A stretch of 43,401 nt of DNA from a bacterium (GTDB lineage: Bacteria; Zhuqueibacterota; Zhuqueibacteria; Oceanimicrobiales; Oceanimicrobiaceae), in the NCBI GenBank assembly GCA_046757525.1, contig JBHHYI010000012.1, positions 1 to 43,401 of the forward strand. Reading direction: 5' to 3'. Below are positions 18,430-26,390 of this stretch, piece after piece. The first letter of the stretch is position 1; each line of letters begins with the position of its first letter. The notes beneath the pieces were generated by a model. That model was given only the letters and a program-made list of their open reading frames with translations. It searched no databases and was not told the DNA's origin. The translations under genes and the position numbers were made by a program.

Positions 18430-20736
18430 ATGAACTCAAAAGACATAAGAAAAATAGCTTTCATTGGGGATTATTTGCCGCGGCAGTGTGGGATTGCCAC
18501 CTTTACCTATGACCTTCGCAATGCCGTGGTCACGTTGCAGCCACAAAGTGAATGTATCGTCGTGGCGGTCAACGATCGCCAGGAAGGGTATGACTATCCC
18601 GAAGAGGTGCAGTTCGTGATTGCAGAGCAGGACATTAAAGCTTACGAACGGGCAGCCGATTTTTTGAATTTCAACAACACCGATGTGGTCTCGTTGCAGC
18701 ATGAATTCGGCATTTTTGGTGGATCCGCTGGCAGCCACATACTCGTCTTACTGCGCAATTTACGCATTCCAGTGGTAACCACCCTACACACGATTCTACA
18801 AAATCCCAATTCGGCGCAACGACGCGTCATGAAGGAATTGGTTGCTTTATCCGCGAGGCTGGTGGTGATGACCAAACGCGGCAAGTCTTTGCTCAGGGAG
18901 GTTTTTCAGGTGCCTGACGGAAAAATTGACTTGGTGCCCCATGGCATCCCTGACACGCCCTTTGTTGATCCTAACTTTTATAAGGATCAGTTCGGTGTTG
19001 AGGGTAAATTTGTGATTTTAACCGTTGGCCTGCTTTCGCTTAACAAGGGCACTGAAAATGTATTAAAGGCTCTGCCCAAAGTCATAGCTGAGTTTCCTAA
19101 CCTGGTTTACATCATCCTGGGGGCGACGCACCCCCATATTGTCCGTGAGCATGGGGAATCTTACCGGTTGAGCCTGCAGCGCCTTGCTCACGATCTGGGC
19201 ATCAAGAAAAACGTGATCTTTTATAATCGCTTTGTGGGGCAAGAGGAGTTCAAAGCTTTTGTTGGCGCAGCCGACATTTATATGACTCCCTATTTGAACC
19301 CCGAACAGATTACCTCGGGCACGTTGTCCTATGCCTTTGGGTGTGGTAAAGCCGTAATCTCCACGCCGTACTGGCACGCTCAGGAGCTGCTGGCCGATAA
19401 TCGCGGGGTGCTGGTTCCGTTTTCCGATCCCGATGCCATTGCGCAGGAGATTATCGAGCTGTTGCGCGATGAGCCCAGAAGGCATGCCATGCAAAAAAAC
19501 GCTTACCTGCTGGGTCGACAAATGGTGTGGAGCAACAGTGCACATCTATATCTCAAATCCTTTCAAAAGGCCAGACGCGCCCGCCTGGACAAAGCTTTGC
19601 GGCCGTTGGCCATGAAAACCCTGGAGGAGCAGAGCAGCAATCTGCCAGCCATACGTCTGGACCATGTGCTGCGGATGACCGACGCAACTGGTATTCTGCA
19701 ACACGCACGTTTTTCGGTCCCCCATTATCTCGAAGGCTATTGTACCGATGACAATGCCCGGGCGTTGTTGCTGATGATTATGTTGCAGGAGCTGCAATAC
19801 GAGGCCAGCGAAACGCAGAAGCTCGCCAGCCGCTATGCAGCATTTATCAATTACGCGTTTGATGCCAGGACGAAGCATTTCCGCAATTTTATGAGTTTTG
19901 AGCGGCGTTGGTTGCAGGAGACAGCTTCTGAAGATTGCCAGGGCAGGGCGATCTGGGCGCTGGGCGCCTGTGTGGGTCGCTCAAAACACAAAAGCTTTCA
20001 ACTCTGGGCGGCACAGTTGTTCGACCAGGCGTTGCCTACTGTTCTGGAACTCACTGCGCCTCGTGCCTGGGCCTATGCCCTGCTGGGAATTCACGAATAC
20101 TTCCGGCGACTCAGCGGCGACCATTTCGTCAATCAAGTGCGCAGTAGCTTGGCCCAGCGCCTCATTGAGCTCTTCGAGCGAAATGCTTCCGACGACTGGC
20201 CCTGGTTTGAGGACATGCTGACTTACAATAATGCTAAGTTACCCCATGCTTTGATTCTGAGTGGACGCTGGATGGAGGACGCCAAAGCATTCGACATCGG
20301 ATTGCGTTCGCTCAGATGGCTGGTGGAGATCCAGACAGCAGAAGCTGGACACTTCTGGCCCATCGGTTCCGAGGGATACTATCGCCGCCAGGGCGTTCGA
20401 GCTAATTTTGACCAGCAGCCCATTGAAGCATACACGACGGTCTCTGCCTGTCTGGAGGCCTTTCAAACCACCAAAGACTCTTATTGGCTTGGTGAGGCTC
20501 ACAAAGCGTTTGAATGGTTTCTGGGTCGCAATGATTTGGGTTTGGTGCTGTACGATTCCAAAACAGGCGGCTGTTACGACGGTTTGCACATTGACCGCCT
20601 CAACCAAAACCAGGGGGCTGAATCCACCCTGGCCTTTCTGCTCGCACTGGCTGAAATGCAATTAGTTGAGAACGCGCTAAGAGCCTTTGAACAACCAGTA
20701 GAAGGAGAACCGTTGGCCGAGGAACTGGCCTTTTAA
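18430..20736 (+). CDS. GT4 glycosyltransferase fused to a C-terminal helical glycosidase-like domain
   Basis: YLPRQCGIATF, QHEFGIFGG, VTTLHT, GLLSLNKG, QITSGTLSYA in the N-half; EGYCTDDNARA, RAIWALG, FDQQPIE and CYDGL..NQGAEST in the C-half. No signal peptide. Confidence 0.9.
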   Translation: MNSKDIRKIAFIGDYLPRQCGIATFTYDLRNAVVTLQPQSECIVVAVNDRQEGYDYPEEVQFVIAEQDIKAYERAADFLNFNNTDVVSLQHEFGIFGGSAGSHILVLLRNLRIPVVTTLHTILQNPNSAQRRVMKELVALSARLVVMTKRGKSLLREVFQVPDGKIDLVPHGIPDTPFVDPNFYKDQFGVEGKFVILTVGLLSLNKGTENVLKALPKVIAEFPNLVYIILGATHPHIVREHGESYRLSLQRLAHDLGIKKNVIFYNRFVGQEEFKAFVGAADIYMTPYLNPEQITSGTLSYAFGCGKAVISTPYWHAQELLADNRGVLVPFSDPDAIAQEIIELLRDEPRRHAMQKNAYLLGRQMVWSNSAHLYLKSFQKARRARLDKALRPLAMKTLEEQSSNLPAIRLDHVLRMTDATGILQHARFSVPHYLEGYCTDDNARALLLMIMLQELQYEASETQKLASRYAAFINYAFDARTKHFRNFMSFERRWLQETASEDCQGRAIWALGACVGRSKHKSFQLWAAQLFDQALPTVLELTAPRAWAYALLGIHEYFRRLSGDHFVNQVRSSLAQRLIELFERNASDDWPWFEDMLTYNNAKLPHALILSGRWMEDAKAFDIGLRSLRWLVEIQTAEAGHFWPIGSEGYYRRQGVRANFDQQPIEAYTTVSACLEAFQTTKDSYWLGEAHKAFEWFLGRNDLGLVLYDSKTGGCYDGLHIDRLNQNQGAESTLAFLLALAEMQLVENALRAFEQPVEGEPLAEELAF

Positions 20737-20769
20737 ATCTGTGGTGCATTGTAGCTAAGACCCACTACT

Positions 20770-22230
20770 ATGAAAGCGAAAAGAACTGAAATCTTGCTCA
20801 AGCCGGACTGCAGACGGGTTTTGTTTCGACCCTTTCAACTCCCCCATGAGGAGCGTTTTTTCAGAATCATAGCCCGCATCATGGCGCTCACCGAAGCCGC
20901 GGTCAAAAATGAGCTGAAACAGGTGATGTCGGAATTTAACGATCGGCACCTGAGAATACAGGAGTTTTTTCTCAAACGGTTCGAACAAGTTCGTGGATTT
21001 CTCCTTACCGACCAGGAGTTGAGTGAGGAGCGCAAACTGCTGATTGGGGCCTATTTCACGCAAGAATACTCGCTGGAGGCCTCCGCGTTGTTCAATCCTT
21101 CCATGGTCTGGCACCCGGTGCAATCGGACTTACCCGAGAATAGTCGGCGTTTCATCATCAGTTTGCGGGCCACCGGCGAAGGCCACATTTCTTCGATCAC
21201 CTTTCGTTCCGGGGTCATTGACGCCAGCAACAACATCACCCTGGATGAACCCACGCGCTACGTCACTTTACCCGAAGTCCTGCCAAACCCGTCTTATGAA
21301 AAGTCGCTGTTTGAGCAAAAGCTCTACGAGTTGGACTTGCACAACGAGTTTACGGCCAATATTTTGGCCGGGTTGGGTGAAGCGTTTACCCTCAAGCAAT
21401 TGCGGGAGAGCATTGAGTATGCCCTGCATCCCAGTCGCAGCCGGGACAGCGCCAATGAGGCCACGGCCAAGGGCATTCTCTCGCTGGCGCAGTCCAATTA
21501 CGAAGTCGTGTACGATGCGGAACAACATCTGTCGGAACGCATTATTTTCCCGACCACACCTGCCGAACGGAACGGCATTGAGGATGCCCGATTTGTAGAG
21601 TTCTGTGAAGAGGACGGGAGCACGACCTATTATGCCACGTTTACTGCTTTTGACGGCAAAGTCATCTTCCCTCAGTTGCTGGAGACCAGGGATTTTCTTC
21701 ATTTTAAGATCAGCACGCTCAATGGGCCTGAGGTGAAGAACAAGGGCATGGCACTCTTTCCGCGCAAGATCAACGGGCTTTATGCCATGATTTCGCGCCA
21801 GGACAACGAGAACCTCTACATCATGTTTTCGGAGCAACTTCATTTCTGGTATTCCAAACGCATGCTGCTCAAGCCGACTTTTCCGTGGGAATTTGTGCAA
21901 CTGGGCAACTGTGGTTCGCCCATCGAAACCGAGGCTGGCTGGCTGGTTCTCAGCCATGGTGTGGGACCGGTGCGCAAATATGCCATCGGTGCTTTCCTGC
22001 TCGACCTGGACGACCCTACCAAAGTTATTGGGCGTCTGCGAGAACCGCTGTTATATCCCGAGGCAAACGAACGCGAAGGCTACGTTCCCAATGTGGTTTA
22101 CAGTTGCGGCGGGCTGATTCACGGTGGAGAACTCATCATCCCTTATGCCATGTCGGATCGCATCAGCAGCTTTGCCATGGTCAGTCTCGATGACTTGCTC
22201 GACGAACTAACTTCTCAACAGCATCGATGA
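20770..22230 (+). CDS. GH130-family protein, long form with N-terminal extension and helical insertion
   Basis: LFNPS, EDARF, NKGMALFP, SRQD, HGVG, REGYVPNVVYSCG, YAMSD. Confidence 0.88.
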   Translation: MKAKRTEILLKPDCRRVLFRPFQLPHEERFFRIIARIMALTEAAVKNELKQVMSEFNDRHLRIQEFFLKRFEQVRGFLLTDQELSEERKLLIGAYFTQEYSLEASALFNPSMVWHPVQSDLPENSRRFIISLRATGEGHISSITFRSGVIDASNNITLDEPTRYVTLPEVLPNPSYEKSLFEQKLYELDLHNEFTANILAGLGEAFTLKQLRESIEYALHPSRSRDSANEATAKGILSLAQSNYEVVYDAEQHLSERIIFPTTPAERNGIEDARFVEFCEEDGSTTYYATFTAFDGKVIFPQLLETRDFLHFKISTLNGPEVKNKGMALFPRKINGLYAMISRQDNENLYIMFSEQLHFWYSKRMLLKPTFPWEFVQLGNCGSPIETEAGWLVLSHGVGPVRKYAIGAFLLDLDDPTKVIGRLREPLLYPEANEREGYVPNVVYSCGGLIHGGELIIPYAMSDRISSFAMVSLDDLLDELTSQQHR

Positions 22231-24674
22231 AACAGCGATTGAATTTGAACGGAGTTTGGCAGTTAACGGTCGACTGGCGAGGGCCCAATCTTTCGCTTTT
22301 GCCCAAAGCACTGTTTGCCCGCGAGGAATGGTTGGAGGCCACCGTGCCTGGCACCGTTCATACGGACCTGCTTGCCAACAGCAAGCTTGAAGATCCGTTT
22401 TACGCCGACAACGAATGCAAAGCGCAATGGGTCGCCGAAGTAGGGTGGGTTTACCGCAGGGAGTTTCAGGTTCCGGAGACTTTTGTGGCATCGCCAGCCG
22501 TCGATTTGGTCGCGCAGGGGTTGGACACTTTCGCTACCGTTTTTTTGAATGGCACCAAAGTCGCTGAAACGGACAACATGTTCATTGCCCATCGCTTCAA
22601 CATTAAAGAGCACCTCGCTGCGGGCAAGAACGATATCGAAATCCACTTTGCTTCGCCCCTGGCGCGGACCAGGGAATTGGAACAGAAGCATGGGCAGCTC
22701 CTGGTTGCCCATGAGCGCAGCCGGGTGTACGCCCGCAAGGCGCAGTATGCCTTTGGTTGGGATTGGGGCCCCAGGTTGGCAACATCCGGCATCTGGCGGC
22801 CGATTTATTTAGAAGCCTACCAGGGCACACGCATAAGCAGCGTTTTTGTGGATTCCCAGCTAACCACAGCACTCGACCGCGCCACAGTGCGGGTGCGCGC
22901 AGAGCTTGAAAAGCGCACGGAGGCTACCCTCGACGCCACCCTTACCCTCGCAGATCAGACGCAAACGGTTTCCAATGCAGAACACTCCTTTGAGACAACC
23001 TTTGAAATCGATCAGCCCAGGTTGTGGTGGCCGTCCGGTTGGGGAAGCGCTCACCTTTACGAACTGCGCATTGAGCTCTCTCAGCAGGATCGGCAGGTCG
23101 ATTCTGCCGTGCTCAAGGTTGGAATGCGCAAAGTTGAACTGTGTCAGGAAGAGGACAGCTCTGGCAAATCCTTCACCTTCAAAATTAACAATCAGCCTTT
23201 GTTTTGCAAAGGCGCCAATTGGATTCCCGCCGACAGTTTCCTTCCGCGCCTGACTCCCGAAACGTATCGTCAGCTCCTGGAACAGGCCAAAGCCGCCAAC
23301 ATGAACATGGTGCGCGTGTGGGGCGGCGGCATCTATGAACAGGAGATCTTTTATGAGCTTTGCGATGAGCTAGGCCTCCTGGTGTGGCAGGATTTTATGT
23401 TTGCCTGTGCCGCGTATCCCCAGTTTAGAGCCTTTCAGGACAATGTAACCAGAGAGGTTACGGAGGCCGTAAAACGTTTGCGCAATCACCCGTGCCTGGT
23501 TCTGTGGTGTGGCAACAACGAAAACGAAATCAACTGGAGGAGCCAGACGCAGGAACCGTTAGAAAAGATGCCCGGCTATGCTTTGTTTCATCACCAGATT
23601 CCGGAGATTTGTCGCAAGCTCGATCCCGATCGCCCTTATTGGCCCAGCACGCCTTTCGGAGGTGAAGACCCCAATGGGGCGGAAGAAGGCACGCGGCACC
23701 AGTGGAACATCTGGAGTGGTTGGCAGGATTTCACATCGGTTTCTGAAGACCGGAGCCGCTTCGTTACCGAGTTCGGATTTCAAGGTCCGGCAAATCTCTC
23801 CACACTGGAGAAAGCGTTGCCGCCCGAAGATCGCTGGCCACAAAGTGAGATGCTGGAGTTTCACAACAAGCAGGTTGAAGGACCCGAGCGTCTGAATCGA
23901 TTTCTTTCTGGCCATGTGAAACTGCCGGGCACCTTGCCAGATTTCGTCTACAAAGGCCAGGTGGTCCAGGCCGAGGCGTTGAAGCACTGCATTGAGCACT
24001 GGCGCATGCAGAAGTTTCACACTTCCGGGTCGCTGATCTGGCAACTCAACGACTGCTGGCCGGTCATAAGCTGGTCGTTGATCGACAGCGAGCTGCAACC
24101 TAAAGCGGCCTATTATTACGTTAGAAGAGCCTTCGCACCCTTGCTGGTTTCATTTCTCGCGACAAAGGAAAGCATCGAGGTGTGGGCCGTCCACGACACC
24201 CTGAAAAACCTGACGGCGGAGCTCCGAGTCTTGGGTCTAACTTTCCAGGGCGAGAGATTTTTCCAACAAGAATTGCCCGTTGCACTGGAAGCCAATACCG
24301 CAACAAGGTTGTTTTCTCTTGAGCGCCGGCAGTTGTTCGCGGTTGACTGGTCTGCGGCTTATTTGAAAGCGGAACTTTTTTTGCAAGGACGATTGCTCGC
24401 TGAGAACCGCCATTTTCTTAAACGCTTCAAACATCTCAAGCTGGCCCGGCCACAGATTCAAAAGTCACTCACCAGACTCAACGATGATGAATTCTTGCTC
24501 ACTTTGGCAACCCCCGTTTTTGCCAAATGCGTGGCCATCGTCTCCGACGTCATTGCGGCGGTTGAGGACAATTGTTTTGATTTGGATGCCAACATCAAAA
24601 GAGAGACCCGGATACGTTTGAGCACGCCCGGGTCCTTGTCTCCTGAAGCGCTGGCGTTATACTCGTTGGTTTGA
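22227..24674 (+). CDS. GH2 beta-mannosidase, no signal peptide
   Basis: RKAQYAFGWDWGP, KGANWIPADSF, NMVRVWGGGIYE, WQDFMFAC, WCGNNE (acid/base), FVTEFG (nucleophile), WQLNDCWP. ATGA overlap with the upstream stop. Confidence 0.93.
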   Translation: MKQRLNLNGVWQLTVDWRGPNLSLLPKALFAREEWLEATVPGTVHTDLLANSKLEDPFYADNECKAQWVAEVGWVYRREFQVPETFVASPAVDLVAQGLDTFATVFLNGTKVAETDNMFIAHRFNIKEHLAAGKNDIEIHFASPLARTRELEQKHGQLLVAHERSRVYARKAQYAFGWDWGPRLATSGIWRPIYLEAYQGTRISSVFVDSQLTTALDRATVRVRAELEKRTEATLDATLTLADQTQTVSNAEHSFETTFEIDQPRLWWPSGWGSAHLYELRIELSQQDRQVDSAVLKVGMRKVELCQEEDSSGKSFTFKINNQPLFCKGANWIPADSFLPRLTPETYRQLLEQAKAANMNMVRVWGGGIYEQEIFYELCDELGLLVWQDFMFACAAYPQFRAFQDNVTREVTEAVKRLRNHPCLVLWCGNNENEINWRSQTQEPLEKMPGYALFHHQIPEICRKLDPDRPYWPSTPFGGEDPNGAEEGTRHQWNIWSGWQDFTSVSEDRSRFVTEFGFQGPANLSTLEKALPPEDRWPQSEMLEFHNKQVEGPERLNRFLSGHVKLPGTLPDFVYKGQVVQAEALKHCIEHWRMQKFHTSGSLIWQLNDCWPVISWSLIDSELQPKAAYYYVRRAFAPLLVSFLATKESIEVWAVHDTLKNLTAELRVLGLTFQGERFFQQELPVALEANTATRLFSLERRQLFAVDWSAAYLKAELFLQGRLLAENRHFLKRFKHLKLARPQIQKSLTRLNDDEFLLTLATPVFAKCVAIVSDVIAAVEDNCFDLDANIKRETRIRLSTPGSLSPEALALYSLV

Positions 24675-24699
24675 TTCTAACCAGAATAATTCCTATAAA

Positions 24700-25230
24700 C
24701 CAGTTCAAGAGCTACAAACAAATTCAAGCCACAGAGTCTCCGAGGACACTGCTAAGGTTTGAGCCCCGGTTTCACACGGTGCAGCAGACCCGCAACCCAA
24801 TTCGGTGGGTTTCGGTAACTTCGGCAGTTCGGTGGTATTAAGTTTTTAGACCACCGAAAGTCACCGAGTAAATTCTGTGTCCTTTGTAGCTCTCATGCCC
24901 AAACTCCTGTTTGGGCACGCACTTGCTGGAGAAGCGCTGCTTCGCGGAGTCCGAGCTGCCTATCGAAGCAGAGCTTCTCTACCAATTGCGTTCCAAAATA
25001 AAATTTTGGAACGAAGGGGGGTGCGTTTATGGCCCTGAAAACCTCTTGAGTTGACGCCTATGCGCGAAAGCGGGAATCTATAACCTATTGTTTTTCTGGA
25101 TTCCTACTGATGCGCAGGAATGACAAACCTGTTCCTGACGGGTTCAGGAATCAGAGGCTCTTCTTCGACTACTTAGACCGCGGCGCTGTGTCAATCCGTG
25201 GCTATGATTTGCGGCTTGCTAGCTCAAGTT
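24700..25230. repeat. Cluster of several different palindromic repeat elements at the boundary between the two blocks
   Basis: AGAGCTACAAA/TTTGTAGCTCT (24708 and 24883); TTCGGT iterations facing ACCACCGAA; TGCCCAAAC..GTTTGGGCA, GAAGCGCTGCTTC/GAAGCAGAGCTTC and CGTTCCAAAA..TTTTGGAACG (24892-25013); GGGAATC..GATTCC..GGAATGACA (25063-25125). Confidence 0.8.
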
Positions 25231-25264
25231 TCCAGCAAAAACTTAAGAAAATCACAAAAAATAC

Positions 25265-25293
25265 TTGACAATATGGAAATTTTTCCATATTAT
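25265..25293 (+). promoter_or_regulatory. Sigma70 promoter of the LacI/GH13 block
   Basis: TTGACA (25265-25270), 17-nt spacer, TATTAT (25288-25293). Confidence 0.8.
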
Positions 25294-25318
25294 ATTTCCA
25301 TTCGTGGAAGCACTTCCA
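25270..25318. promoter_or_regulatory. Two LacI-type operator palindromes TGGAA-N4-TTCCA
   Basis: AATATGGAAA-tt-TTTCCATATT (25270-25291) in the promoter spacer and TGGAAG-ca-CTTCCA (25305-25318) just downstream, directly upstream of a LacI gene. Confidence 0.75.
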
Positions 25319-25361
25319 TGTTTTTCAATGCTCATCAATCCTTCATCACAAGATATTCCTA

Positions 25362-26390
25362 ATGCGTGTGACGATTTACGATGTAGCCAAAAAAGCCGGA
25401 GTCGGCATCGGAACGGTTTCTCGTGTTATTAACCACAGTCCGCAAATAACCGAAGAGACCAAGAAGAAAGTTCTGAAAGCGATCAAGGAGCTACATTATC
25501 AGCCGCACAGCGTCGCACAGAGTTTAGCCCGCAAGCGCACCAATACCATCGGTTGCATTATCCCATTTTTTACTGGCTACTTCTTTGTCGAATTGCTGCG
25601 TGGAATCCAGCGCAAGATTACTGAATACAACTACGATCTCATATTGTACAGCGTTGACCGCACCCACAAGAAGGAAACCTTTCTGAGTCGTGTATTGAAG
25701 GAAAGAAGGGTGGATGGCGTTTTGTTGGTTTCCGTAGAAATCACTAATGCTTTTGCCGGGAAGTTTAGTAAGAGCCAATTTCCGATCGTGCTGGTTGACA
25801 GCTACCACTCGGATTTGGATTCTATTACTGTGGACAATATCGAAGGGGCCTACGTGGCGACCAAACATCTCATCGATTTAGGCTTCCAAAGGGTCGCGAT
25901 GATCGATGGCCAGTTGAAGAGCTTTCCAGCCAAACTGCGACTCAGAGGGTACAAGAAGGCGCTTAAAGAACACAATTTCCCTTTTCGCGACGAATACTTC
26001 GTTGCTTGTGATTTTGTTGACGAAGCGGATGGCTTCAACAAGGAAGCCGGCTACGCAGCCATGAAGCAACTATTGGATCTCAAAGGGGGAACCCCGGAGG
26101 CGGTCTTTGTCTCCAGCGATATTCAGGCCATCGGGGCCATCCATGCGATCAAAGAAAGAGGGTGGAAGGTGCCCGACGACATTGCCGTGGTGGGCTTCGA
26201 CGATATCGAATTGGCCAGGTACGTGGGGTTAACCACCATGCAACAGCCAATCATGGAGATGGGGGAACTGGCCGTGGATCGCCTGATCTCGAGAATTGCG
26301 GGCGATGCGGTCAGTGATTTTAAGCGATGTTTTCACACTAAACTGGTCTTAAGGGAAAGCAGCGGCTGCGCTGCTCACTCGGCGTGCTGA
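25362..26390 (+). CDS. LacI-family transcriptional regulator
   Basis: HTH VTIYDVAKKAGVGIGTVSRVIN, hinge AQSL, VPDDIAVVGFDDI, LTTMQQP, LVLRES. Confidence 0.96.
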   Translation: MRVTIYDVAKKAGVGIGTVSRVINHSPQITEETKKKVLKAIKELHYQPHSVAQSLARKRTNTIGCIIPFFTGYFFVELLRGIQRKITEYNYDLILYSVDRTHKKETFLSRVLKERRVDGVLLVSVEITNAFAGKFSKSQFPIVLVDSYHSDLDSITVDNIEGAYVATKHLIDLGFQRVAMIDGQLKSFPAKLRLRGYKKALKEHNFPFRDEYFVACDFVDEADGFNKEAGYAAMKQLLDLKGGTPEAVFVSSDIQAIGAIHAIKERGWKVPDDIAVVGFDDIELARYVGLTTMQQPIMEMGELAVDRLISRIAGDAVSDFKRCFHTKLVLRESSGCAAHSAC

